Part shown: piece after piece, positions 41,891-54,016 of the stretch | Numbering within the stretch: position 1 is the stretch's first letter | Layout: each line of letters starts with the position of its first letter | Origin: Psilocybe cubensis | Taxonomy: Eukaryota | Length of the DNA stretch: 64,000 bases | Direction of reading: 5' to 3' | NCBI GenBank assembly: GCA_017499595.2 | Contig: CM039005.1 | Coordinates: forward strand, 1,240,001 to 1,304,000 | Notes under the pieces: model-generated | The model's input: only the letters and a program-made list of their open reading frames with translations | The model's database searches: none | What the model was told of the DNA's origin: nothing | Translations under genes and position numbers: made by a program

Positions 41891-44513
41891 ATGTCAAATA
41901 ACGAAGAGAAAATGTCCTCCAGACCAGGAAGTGTACCCATGTCCGCCACTCCCTCCCTCGATTCCTCCGTCACCCATGTACAACCTCTTGAAAAGCCACA
42001 ACATGTTTCAGAGCCATTCACCCGGCTCGAAAGAACCTTGTCCCCTGGGCACGGAGAGTCTGCCTTACCCGAAGACAAGATCGGAGAAGCAGTCGAGAAT
42101 CTCGAGGACGATTGGGAAAACGACCCCGAAAACGCCAGAAATTGGTCAACTAAAAAGAAGTGGACGGCCGTTGTGATTGTGAGTTTTCTCGTTTTTTCAC
42201 TTGGTAAATTTTTTGCCCCTATTGACCTATACCGGTTATTTTTAGCTGTCATCATATACTTTCGTATCTCCGTTGGCTAGTTCGATGATGGCTCCCGGTA
42301 TCCCAGATCTTGCCTTGAAATACGGAATCACAAATTCAACCGTCGTTGCGCTTACTCTGAGCGTTTTCCTACTTTCATTCGCCATCGGGGTTAGTCCTGT
42401 GCTTCATTAAGGCCTTTCCATTATCCTGGTTCTGACGTCATTGACAGCCACTCATCCTGGCTCCTCTATCGGAGATGTATGGCAGAACATGGGTACGCAT
42501 CGAAACAAACTTTTATAACAAAATGGGAAAGCTTATATGTTTGGTAGATTCTCCACTTTGGCAACCTCTTCACGATAGCGTTCAGTTTGGGCTGTGCATT
42601 TGCACCAACGACAAACTCATTCATCGCATTCCGTTTCCTATGTAAGAAAACACCAAATATCCTTATAATTCCCTGAACTCAAACGAACTCAATTCAGCTG
42701 GCTTTTCCGGAAGTGCGCCGATTGCTTGCGGTGGTGGTTCAGTGGGAGATTTGTTTGCTGCAAAGGATCGTGCGTCGGCCATGGCGCTGTACAGTCTAGG
42801 CCCACTGATCGGTATGTCGCCTCAAAATCGTATCCATAGTGCATCATCTAACATAAATACGATTTCAGGCCCCGTCATCGGTCCAATTGCTGGAGGATTC
42901 ATCGCACAAACAATCGGCATCAAATACGTCTTCATCGTGATCGCAGGTACATCTTCCTTTTTCCTTCCCCTCCACCTTCACTCAATTTTTTCTTTTTCAA
43001 CAGCAACTTGCGGCGCAGTCTCAATGGTCGCTATCCCCTTCCTCCGGGAGACCTACGGCCCCGTAATCCGTATGCGCCGCGCCGCGAAATCAGGCGACCC
43101 AGAAAAAGCCGCTGCGGCCCACCCCCACCTGCAACAAGAACACGGCAGCAAGCTCCACGTGCTCTGGGTCAACCTCGAGCGCCCGTTCGAGATGCTGTTC
43201 CGCAGCTCGGTGTGCTTTATCCTTAGCTTGTATATGGCTTTGTGAGTATATGAATTGTGATTCTGTGATGCTATGGCTAACCATTTTTATTTTATTTTTG
43301 AAGTATGTATGGAATCTACTATCTCATGTTCGCTACCTTCGGATGTGAGTCTTTGCGTCACTCCAAACGTACGACTTACTGATTTTTTTCCCTTGGTGCA
43401 GCATTGTTCAGCGTGACATACGGATTCAAAGCCGGAATCGGCGGGCTCGTATACCTAGGCCTCGGAATCGGCTTCTTCTCAGCGACAATCTTCGGCTCCA
43501 TCTTCGCTGACCGCGTATACAAACACGTACGTCGCACGTTCAATTTCCACCTCCTTACCTTACCCTCCTTACACTGGCTTTCAACTAATCCTAACACTAA
43601 TACTAACGCGCCCTCCTTCACCTGGTACTGTAGCTCGGAGCGAAGAACGGCGGTGTGTGTACCCCGGAAATGCGTATCCCCGCGTTGTTCTTCGGGTCGT
43701 TCTTCGTGCCTGTGGGACTCTTGTACGTCTCTACCTTCTACCCTCTACCCCTCTACCCGCTACCCGCTACGTCCCGCGATGCTGACGCTGACGGTACATA
43801 ATTTTCTAGTTGGTACGGCTGGTCAGCACAAGCGAAGCTGCACTGGATAATGCCTATTGTCGGATCAGGGATATTTGGGTTTGGGATGATGACTACCTTG
43901 TACGTCCATTCTCCTTGGCTTTTGTTGCTTTGTTGCTTTTGTTCGCTTCGCCTTGGCGGCGCTTGTGTGTTTTTGGTTTAAGCGCCCGCCCGCCAGGACT
44001 GCTATTTTGACTTTGATTTTGATTTTGATCTTGATCTTTGATACATTGATGGATGACTTACGGACGTATTTGTTTGTTCGTTGGTATATATAGCCTGCCT
44101 ATCCAGCTATACCTAGTCGACTCGTTCGCATACGCTGCGAGTGCGACAGCTGCTGCCGCTGTACGTTCTTTCCCATCCATCCTTTATACAAATTCCATGC
44201 ACTGTAACTTACGTTTTGGACGGGGATTGTAGCTCTTCCGCTCGTTGCTTGGCTTTGCGTTCCCACTATTTGGACAGCAGATGTTCGATGCGCTCGGTCT
44301 GGGCGGTGGAAATTCCGTACGTCCTATACACTTATCATCATCCCAATACTGTGAAATGAACGACTCATGTGATGTATCACGCTGTAGTTGCTCGCTGGGC
44401 TGGCGATCGCGCTAGGCATTCCCTTCCCCGTGTGGCTTTACTATAACGGCGAGAAAATGCGCGCTGGGAACCCGCTCACACGCGATTCGACGCTGGTTGG
44501 GTACAAGAATTAG
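41891..44513 (+). CDS. MFS transporter, DHA1 (drug:H+ antiporter / polyamine transporter-like)
   Basis: DPENARNWSTKKKW, SPLASSMMAPG, PLSEMYGR, GGGSVGDLF, GPLIGPVIGPIAGGFI, RETYGPVI, PEMRIP, YLVDSF.YAASA, RSLLGFAFPLFGQQMF; stop at 44511-44513. Confidence 0.92.
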
Positions 44514-44676
44514 ATGTGATGCGGTTTTGCGCATATAATTCGCCACACTCGCCCATCTGCTCTGACGCATTGCATCGACGACTTCCCTCGCCTCTCGTCG
44601 ACGGGACCACTAGCGACTACTCCCCCAGTCGGTTGTTATCCAAACTTCATTGACCCATTGCATTCACGACCCATTA

Positions 44677-44740
44677 CATCGCATCGCATCGCATCTCATC
44701 GTATTGCTCAAGCTCACGCCATCAACATCAACAACATCAA
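44677..44740. repeat. (GCATC)n and (AACATC)n short tandem repeats downstream of the MFS gene
   Basis: catcgcatcgcatcgcatctcatcg ... atcaacatcaacatcaac. Confidence 0.7.
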
Positions 44741-45876
44741 CATGCACCGTCAATCAGCTATAGATATACCATACACATACACATACCGTACAACCCCGCC
44801 AAACAGTTGGCGGATCCCACGTTCGTTTTGTTTATTCTTATTCGGCATTTAATGCGTTTTGCGGGTTCAGTTCGGGGTGGCGTTGGCGTGTGGGCTTTCA
44901 GCTTGGGTCCAGTTAAATGCCTTGCTTGCTTGCTGGAGCGCTCGCGCTCGCTCCGAGTCGTAGGTTTATTCTTTCTTGGAGTCGGAGGTTTAGGTTTAGG
45001 TTTCCAGTCACGGTTGGAACCATGGACTATGGACGATGGACCCATGTAAATGCAGCCCGAAGATTATCACCCACCACCTCCATCCCGTTTTTTTACCCCC
45101 TCCCATCCCCCCCTTTCCTCCTCCCTACCTCAGTTCTACAATACCGGATACACATTAATGAAAAAGAAGAAGAAGAAGAATTCAAGAAAGTACTTTTACA
45201 TATCACTTAATTCAATAATCCCCGTTTGGCCTTTCCAATAGTCCAAATTTAAACGTCAAACGTCAAACTTTTGCTCACTGTTTTTTACACTTTTACATTT
45301 TTTTTCTTTTGGAACACGCCGCTGCATATCATATCATCATCACCAAGCCTCCCATCACCCCTCCCCTCCAACTCCTTTTGCATGCATCTTTCTTACTTGT
45401 TTTTTTACAGATAGAATTTGTTGTTGTTATATTTTACATTTTATATTTTTATAATTGTATACACGCGGATGTGGATGGTGCATCTTAGACTTTGGTTTTC
45501 ACTGTCAATGATATTTGGGTTCCGATGGCCCTGTAGGCTTTAGGCTGAAGTAACCGTAGCCACGAACAAGTGCCAAGTGGGCATCATCTGCTGGATGATC
45601 ATAAGCGCTACTCTGCTCGTGCTCTTGTCGACAAACACCAATCAATAGAATCTGGAAACAAATGGCGTTCATACAAAAATACTTCAGTTAATACAAAATA
45701 AAATACGATGGGTAGCGTAACTATCATCAACATGGCGTGTATTATTGATGCGTATGATGTATGGAGAGAATTTAAGCATTTCGGCGGTTAGGGCGGTGGA
45801 GAGGTGGCGATCACGGTTCGAGTCTGTGTCTCTGCAAGATGTGGGTGGGGGATTAGATCAAGATCAAAATCACTGA

Positions 45877-46501
45877 TCACAACTGGACACCACAACGCGC
45901 GCATTTTTTCTGGGTGTCGGAGCTGTGGGGCGAGGGCGTCATATTTGAGTGTTATGAAATGAACTGGGTGGAGCTGGGGTTGACTTACAATAGACAGATG
46001 AGGCCGCAGGGGAAGCAGACCTGTGGATTGCGCGCCATAGATGGCGGGTGCACGTCAGGAGATGGAGGATGTGCAATTGTAAGTTTTAGCTGGGACGTAC
46101 GACTGCCATTATGATCCCTAAGATACCGTAGTTTGTTACAACCTCATGCTGTCCGGCCGCACACTGCGCAAGAACTGTGCGTGAAGTGGTTTGCATAAGG
46201 ACCTCAAGTTACAGTACATACATATTCAAAGGTAGATGGAGATTTACGTACGTTGATCGCGGTACTGCTGGCCTGCAATGGCTGCACCCATCACTGGGTC
46301 GACTGGTCCCAGCGAGGTGCCGCCTGTTTGCTGTTGGTTTGCTGGGTTCCCCGATGACGCGTGCATTTGCTGCATGGGATACTCTCCCCTTGGAGTGTTT
46401 GTTTGCGGGAACGGTGCGGCGTGGGGCTTCTCAGAATGGACCGATGTGGGTGCTTGAACTTCATCCTGGTGCGTGGGTCCCGCCTGCTCTTCCTTAAACA
46501 T
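45877..46501 (-). CDS. BRI3/DUF2367 (LITAF-like) small Pro/Gln-rich, Cys-rich membrane protein, copy A
   Basis: Four exons give MFKEEQAG...GAAIAGQQYRDQ|LLAQCAAGQHEVVTNYGILGIIMAV|VCFPCGLICLF|SDTQKKCARCGVQL*: a C..H knuckle, a hydrophobic segment, then CxxC. Confidence 0.85.
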
Positions 46502-47567
46502 GGTGAACTCGATGAAATTTGCAGGTTTTCGTGTGGTTTTGGGCTGTGGCGAAGGGTGCGGGGAAAGGCTATGTAGGCAAGCGTAATCCTCGATGGCATT
46601 TATATATGAACTTGGTTGGATGAATATTTTTGGCAGGGTTATGGACTATCATGGAGCGCTTGATGGTGATAGGAGATGAATAAAGTATGCCCTCCGCTCG
46701 TATAGGTCATCGAAAAAGTTTGATCTTTTAGATTGAACATTGCGTTGTACAGATTTGGCTTAAATTGACAAGTTCGAAACTGTTTTAGCTGCCCAGACGA
46801 GTAGTAGGAACACAAAGAACGATTAAAAAGATGGGCATATGACGACTTTGCCGACTTTGGAGTTCAACGCGAGAATTTAAGAGGTATGCACTTGTTTTTC
46901 GATATCTATGATTGCCTTCTTTGTGCTTGAACATGGTAATGTTACTTGTCATCGTGATCCAGAGTCAAAAGCGATTCCAGTAATGTCCAGAAAAATAGAG
47001 GAGATCCAAAGTAATTTGAAGGATGAGATACAAATCACTGTGAGACTTATCCAGTGTAGTAGCCTCCCAAGTTCTGGGTCGATTCGTCGTACGTTCAAGG
47101 GAAGCCGGAAGTGCCAGAAGCGGAGCCGCCCAAACTCCAGATCTGCACGAAATTTTATGTTTGGTGTAAATATTAGGTAATTTAATATCCGTTTTCAAAC
47201 ATTTTGTTGCCAATGACTGACTTTGGCACGTTTAATGAACAGATTTAGAACAAACAAATGTTACGTACCAATTTTGCATTAACTTCGAACAAACATCTTT
47301 TCGCGAGACTACTCATTACGACTACTGTTTCCCCATCCCTGTAAGATTGTAAGTAATACATCCTTTTTATGAACCTACCAATTTTCAGTCAACTTTCTAG
47401 CTGTTTCATAGGTTCCAGCTGGCTCCGACAGCAAAAGGTTGAAATCATCGTGTTCATCCACCAGACCTTTGTTAGTTCGCTCTTCTCAGGCTCTCTTGGC
47501 GCTGTGACCTTACTCGAATGCTTGCAGCTCTGTTCCGGGATTTCGAATACCACTGTAGTTAAGTACA

Positions 47568-49015
47568 ATGGGCAAGTTACTCACTCCTGCAGAACTAGAA
47601 TGGGTTAGGCTGCAACCATTACTCCTGGAACGTGGGTATAAGCTACGTCGTAGGTATCAACCATCGTGGAAACCATCTTGGACAAAGCCATGGAACTTCT
47701 ACAAATACGAGACAGAATGTGAGGATTGGTTTCAGCTGAAAGTGGGACACTTATTTTCATGAGTTTATTTAATTACTGATGATGTTTCTGTAGACGCGCA
47801 ATGTTATTGATGCAGTACGCATCAAGGACGGTGCTAAAGTTGCAATAAAGAAGACAATCTTTGAATACGACAACATACCTCTCTTACAGCATCTAAATTC
47901 GGATGAGAGGCGTGCCGACCCCCGGAATAATGCAGTTCCTCTTCTTGAAGTGATTCCTGTCCCGCAACCTGACGATGACAGTGATTCAGATCACATAATG
48001 CTCCTTGTTATGCCAAGGCTTGCTCCGTTAGTGTCTGGCCATATTCCATTCCGCCATGTCAGAGAGGTTACATACGCTCTTGACCAAATTTTTCAGGTCA
48101 GCGCTTACAATTCAAGTTTTGAACTATCTGATAGAGTTGATTTTTAAAGGGAGTTGAGTTTCTACATGATAATGGCATTGCTCATCGGCAAGTGTTTCTC
48201 ACTGCGATTGATATGTTATAATCATGGAGATGTATAGGGACGCATGTATGCTCAATTTCATGATGGACCCAACTGATGTGATACCTGGTGGTTTCCATCA
48301 CTCAAGGCAGTACCTAAAACCCAATGGTAAAACTCGGATTCGTGTTAGGGATCGCTGCAAGGTTCCATCACTCAAGTACTACATTATTGATTTTGAAACT
48401 GCCGAATACTTCATGCCAAACAGTCTATGCATTGGCCACTACGGTCAGGAGAAAGAAGCCCCCGAATTGTCGACGACAGTACCCTTTGATCCTTTTAAGC
48501 TTGACATATACCAACTTGGGAAGTTGGTTCACAAACTAATGCAGGTAAATCCAATCAATGTCAATCAATATTGTACTATAATTCATTTGCCTCGCTTTTT
48601 GTAGGAATTCGACGGCCTGGAACTTCTTTGTCCCCTCCGTGATGCCATGACCCACAAAGAACCCAAGTTGAGGACAGATATTTCACAAGCTCTCCGGATG
48701 CTGCATAATATTGTGTCTTCCCTGGAAGAGACCGATCTTTCCAGGGTTATCCAGAAGCGAGATATTTCTGAAGAACTACTAAATGAATGTAAAGCAGAGC
48801 TTGCTCGAAAATTAGCAGCACCTCAATTAGGGTGGGTACATCCGAGACGAAAGTTACCTCAACAAATGATGGCTCCTCAAAGAGAGTCGGTACCTCCTAA
48901 ACAAGAGCCAATTTCTCGGGATCACCCTTCAAGTGGGCGCCGATTCTCATATATTTGCAAACGAAGTTTTGCAAAGTTTACCAAGTCAGAGAATGCCTTC
49001 ATCTTTTCACTTTGA
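47568..49015 (+). CDS. AgaK1-type atypical protein kinase, copy A
   Basis: GYKLRRRYQPSWKPSW, VAIKK, DPRNNAVPLLEVI, LVMPRL, FLHDNGIAHR|DACMLNFMMD (GC-AG intron 48188-48237), YYIIDFET, APEL..PFDPFKLDIYQLG. Confidence 0.88.
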
Positions 49016-49297
49016 ATTTACTGTCAGTGATATTTGAACTACTGTACAGTGATTTGTAGAGAATATAACCACTATAACACTTTTTTTCTTCCATACTACT
49101 GCAGGAAACCTTTGCAAAACCTGTGATTCTGTGATTTGCATACTCAGAGCGGTCAAGTCCAGTGACACGGCTGCTTCAGCCCAGTCAACCTTAAATGGGT
49201 ATTCAAGACACTTTTCCACAGCTTGTACGTGATGTTCCCAGTAATCGATCATATAGTACATGCCTTCACAACGTAATGTCGTTCATGTGTTTAATTA

Positions 49298-50572
49298 CAG
49301 CTACTTTCATATCGATAGACCTAAAATGAAAATATACACATACAGGCGGACTTTGAACCTGTTGTAAGCGAGTCATTTCGGCTATGTTTCTATTTTGAGC
49401 TGACTTTGAACAGTGGCACGATCTTCAACGATGCGAAGTCGAGAAAGAAATAGCCTTAAAAATGTCATTGGAGTGAAATCTGAATGAAAAAAAAAACCTA
49501 ACACTATAGCATCACCCTATAATCGACTCTGAAAAAAAAATATCTTCCCCTAAACTTTGACGTGTTGTGTAGGCTCGTACACCAGTCGTTTCTGACTCAG
49601 CATATTTCGAGCTCCGCTCGGTTTCGTCAGAAACGGCTGGGCCAAACGGTTCGGTTTTGGCAGAGTCACGCTTTGTCACGTCGGACTTGGTGAAATTCGA
49701 ACAACTACGTCACCAACTACCGCGTCGTACTCGATTGCGACCACTACCCGTCCCCCTCCCCCTCGAATTCTGAATCCTCTGAATCCTCAATAACATCGTA
49801 CTCTTCCTCTATTTCCTCAAGATCCATGTCAAGGTCAAACCCTGCATGCTAGACTCGCCCATACTGTCTGAAGCTGAAGCATGATTTGAATCTACAGAGG
49901 ATGTAGAGACTGCATTTGGGACAATCTGGGTATCCAGAGGTTCACTTTTGATGGAGGTGAGATGTGCAAGTATGTCCCTTTCATTGTCTGTTTCATCTGC
50001 AGAGACTGGGTTCATTGACCGCCCGGACCTGCCATCTAATCTTAGAAGCAGTTCACCTGCGCCATGATATATGATTTTTCGGCTCAAATTACAAGTCATT
50101 TTTTTCTCAAAAATTTTTTTTTTCGTGACCTTGTAAAAATGAATTTTATTATAAAAGAAACCTATCTAAATGATTCTGTAGACAACTTTTTTTTAAGTTG
50201 TGGAAGGTTGTTGTTGAGGCAAATCGCGTTTTTTTCACTAAGTCCGAGTCACAAAACGAGGATTCCCTCAAATCCGAACCGTTTGTCCCAGGCCTTCTGT
50301 GAATCTCTCTCTTTTCGCACTCCGATCAATGTTTGACGACATAAATAAAGACAACATTTGTGCAAACATATTACTCGGTACCTGCCTTATCTAGAAAAGA
50401 GACGAGATTCACAGAAGGCCTGGCTCGCGAGGCTACGTGTTGTGTTCTATATATATGCCCGCCGAATATCTTGGCATATTGCCGGACTCACGTCCAAGCT
50501 CCGCCAATTGAAATTTCATTCTCCGTATATGTGTAAATTTTGACATTAGGCCTATCAATATGAAAGTAGCTA
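49298..50572. mobile_element. Degenerate non-autonomous TIR element (~1.3 kb), TA-flanked, Tc1/mariner-like termini
   Basis: The left end TA|cagctactttcatatcgatagacctaaaatgaaaatatacacata matches the reverse complement of the right end (TA|tagctactttcatattgataggcctaatgtcaaaatttacacata). The TIRs are ~50 bp and imperfect. A frameshifted acidic protein tail lies inside (~49747-50070, -). Confidence 0.75.
50288..50423. repeat. Internal inverted repeat (20-bp perfect core, ~29 bp with one indel)
   Basis: ccaggccttctgtgaatctc (50288-50307) versus gagattcacagaaggcctgg (50404-50423). Confidence 0.85.
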
Positions 50573-50989
50573 TAAGCGCCAATATGCTATATTGAGCTTG
50601 CGGCCTTGCCTATCCAGTTGCACTTGGTTAATTAATTTGCTTACGTTTCAATTTGAAGTGCAACCACTACGCTCCTGTGCATCCCAAAGTACGATGACCT
50701 GAGGCATATTTTATGTTTTAGGATTGGATTTGTAGCTCTTTTACTCGCCCCTTGGCTTGGTATTCTCTCTGTTTCTGTTTCTACAGAAGATGTGTGACGA
50801 CCTCGGGCGCATTGGCAAAAATACTGTAAGCTCTTCACCATTTCTTACATCGGACCGTTGTCATATTCTGATTTGTTTATAGTTGGCATGACGTGTGTGT
50901 TATAGACACTAGCTGGGCTGAAGCAGATTAAGTATTACATGTCGGGATTGAAAGAAACGATTGCGAGTTGAAGCTAGATTGTAACGTGC

Positions 50990-51374
50990 GACTGCTGTTA
51001 TGATACCACAGATATTGTAGCTTGTTACAGACTCATGATTTTTAGACGCACGCTGAGAAAAAACTGTAGGTGAAGGGGTTTGATAAGGATCACAGCTATG
51101 GTATACTCAAAGAAAGAGGAAGATTTACTTACGTCGATCACGGTACTGTCGTCCAACATTGTAGCCATTGCGGGGTCAACTGGTACTGTTGTAGTCCCGC
51201 CTGGGTGTTCGGGTGACGAGTACTCCAATGGCGCATGCATTTCCTGCATTGGATACTGTCCACCTGTGGTGTTTGGTTTGGGGTACCGCAAGGCCTCGGA
51301 CATTACAGAATAAGCGGTGGGGGTGCTTTGACTTCCACTTAGGGCATGGATCGCGCTTGCCCTCCCTTGGACAT
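50990..51374 (-). pseudogene. BRI3-like pseudogene, copy B
   Basis: ATG TCC AAG GGA GGG CAA GCG CGA TCC ATG CCC TAA (early stop). Retains GGQYPMQ and PVDPAMA homology. The exon-2 donor is changed to gcacgt, and exons 3-4 were not found. Confidence 0.8.
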
Positions 51375-52433
51375 GGTTGAATTCGATGATTGGAGGTTTT
51401 AGTGTGGCGAAGTTGTGTCGAGGGAAGGGGGAAAGGTTAAATGTCCAAACGAATACCTTGATGGCATTTTTATGCAACATTGGATGTATATTTTCGGCAG
51501 TATTATCGACTGTGATGGTGCCCGGAAGGTGAGCACGATGTGAGAAGAGGTAGAGAAGCAATGTCCGAGTCCCTGTACAGATCATTGTTATTTTTGAGCC
51601 CTCCGATTGACCATTGCAATGTACAGCTTGGTCGAGTTTCACAAATTCAGGGCTCGTCTAGAATCCCAGGACATACCAGGAGACCGTAAGAACCAAAAAA
51701 TGACGGAGTACTAAGGACACACAAGGTATAATTCATATTTGCTGGATCTGGTGTTGAATGGGAAAAGTAAGTGCACATTAGTTTTCCACCTCTACGGTAG
51801 CCTTCTTTGAGAACGTCACGGTAAAGTTTTTGTTGAGGAAGTTCTCGTGTATGGGTCTTTGTTGTCCGAATCGTGATCCGTAATAACGGTCAGATGCTAA
51901 AATGTCCCGGAAAATCAAAGCATTTCGTGAGACAGAAAAAAAAAAGCCAGAGTAGGGAGAGAAGCGGCACAGGAATTTGTCGGGCATGTCCAGAATCGCT
52001 TTCTGGCTCGATTGCTAACGAATTTGATAGTAAGAAAGCCAGAAACTCAAAGTTGCCCACGGTGTCACCCTGAGTTGGCCGCGACCGTAGATCGTGATCC
52101 TTTTGTACTAATATTAGGTAATGACCCGTTTGCAATGATGTGGGGCAAATAACCCAGTTTTGGTCCTTTTGGTTGACAAAAGTTAGCACAAGCCAATTTC
52201 GAACACATCTTGCAGTGCAACAACTCTTTGTTCAATTAGCCCGTATCCCTAAACTCCCTATAAGAATGTAAGTATTGGATCTTTTCCGAGTGTCAATGCA
52301 AGCGTGACGATGAATAGCTATCTTTAGTCGCCTCATAGCTAGTACGCTTGTAACTTCCCGGTGCCTCAGAAACCGAAAAGTTGAAGATACTACCTCGTTC
52401 ATCCTGTTCAGCGCCAGCTTCTACATAATTAAA

Positions 52434-53806
52434 ATGGAATGCTTACTCACGGATGATGAATTAGAATGGGTTAGGTTGCAACCTTTTCTCCTTCAACATG
52501 GTTATAAGCTACGTCCTAGATATCATCCATCGTGGAAACCATCGTGGAAAAGGCCATGGAATTTCTACAAATACGAAGCAGAATGCGAGGACTCAATTCC
52601 GCTGAGAGTGCGACAATTTTTCTCTAACATTTATCCAGTCACTAATACATATTACTTGGGTAGACGTACAATGTTATTGACGCAGTGCGCATAAAAGACG
52701 GCGTTAAAGTTGCAATAAAGAGGACGATTTTTGAATACGACAACATACCGTTGCTACAGCATTTAAACTCGGATGAGATGCGGGCGGACCCCCGGAATAA
52801 TGCAGTTCCTCTTCTTGAAGTGATCCCTGTTCCTCTATCTGTTCCTCTATCTGACGAGGATAGTGATCCGGATCATGTAATGCTCCTCGTTATGCCCAGG
52901 CTTGCTCCGTTAGTGTCTGGTCATATTCCATTTCAACACGCCTGCGAGGTTACAAACGCTCTTAGCCAAGTTTTCCGAGTTAGTGTTACAATTTTAAGGA
53001 AGGCCCAATCTAATACAGTAATTTCTATAGGGCATCGAGTTCCTACATGACAATGGCATTGCGCATCGGCAAGTGTCTGATTGCTGCCACAGTTTATACG
53101 TTATACTCATGGAGATGTTTAGGGACGCATGCATGTTTAATTTCATGATGGACCCAACTGATGTGATACCTGGCGGCTTCCACCACTCGATACAGTTTTA
53201 CCAACCTGATGGTAAAACACTCATTCGTGTCAGGGACCGCTGCACGGTTCCATCGCTCAAGTATTACATTATTGATTTCGAAACTGCCGAATACTTCCCG
53301 CCAAACAGTCTATGCACTGGTCTCATTGGACAGGAGAAGGCTGCCCCCGAATTATCGCGAACTGTACCTTTTGACCCTTACAAGCTGGATATATACCAAC
53401 TTGGGATGCTAGTCCACAGATTGATGGAGGTGATTATGTTGAATGCCAATCAATAGTAGTCGATTTATTTACCTCGACTTTTTTGCAGAAATACGATGGC
53501 CTGGAATTTCTCAGTTCCCTTCGTGATACAATGACCCATAGTGAGCCCAAGTCAAGGCCAAATATTTCAGGATGCATCAGAAAATTGCATGATATGGTTT
53601 CCTTGATGGGGGAGGCTGATCTTTCTCGAAATATTAAGCTGCGAATGGACTGGATCAAGCCTCATCCACAAAGTGACGTTCCAAGTGGGCCTGCTCAATT
53701 GGAGTCAGTGTCTTCTTTCAGTCGGTTTTCAATGCGCCAAAGATTGGCGTATCTTTGCAAGAGAGGGTATTTATTTACTAAGAAGGCCTTCCTTTGTTCA
53801 TCATAG
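52434..53806 (+). CDS. AgaK1-type atypical protein kinase, copy B
   Basis: Same exon structure as copy A: GYKLRPRYHPSWKPSW, VAIKR, HR|DACMFNFMMD (GC-AG intron 53069-53122), YYIIDFET, PFDPYKLDIYQLG; divergent C-terminal tail. Confidence 0.88.
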
Positions 53807-54016
53807 ACACGGTACATGGGACAACATTACATATCTAGTTTGCTTGTTTCAATTAAACATACATATCATTGTCATCATCGAAGTCATTCCCCTCATCCAT
53901 GAATGTAGGTGCTTCGTGTCCATTGCTAACTTCTGTAGGGGCAGAGGAAGAACCTCCCAAAACAGGTTGAGGTCCAAATATGTTAGAAAAAGGGCGTGGG
54001 CCTCGTGGGACAGGCC

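Noticed and set aside
45763-45836. tRNA-like T-arm (CACGG-TTCGAGT-CTGTG) with a partial acceptor stem
   Set aside because: No D-arm or anticodon stem can be folded. It lies in the BRI3-A 3' flank and is not conserved beside BRI3-C.
49007-49261. YYMIDYWEHHVQ fragment reminiscent of NACHT-associated helical motifs
   Set aside because: Too short, with no P-loop or other supporting exons.
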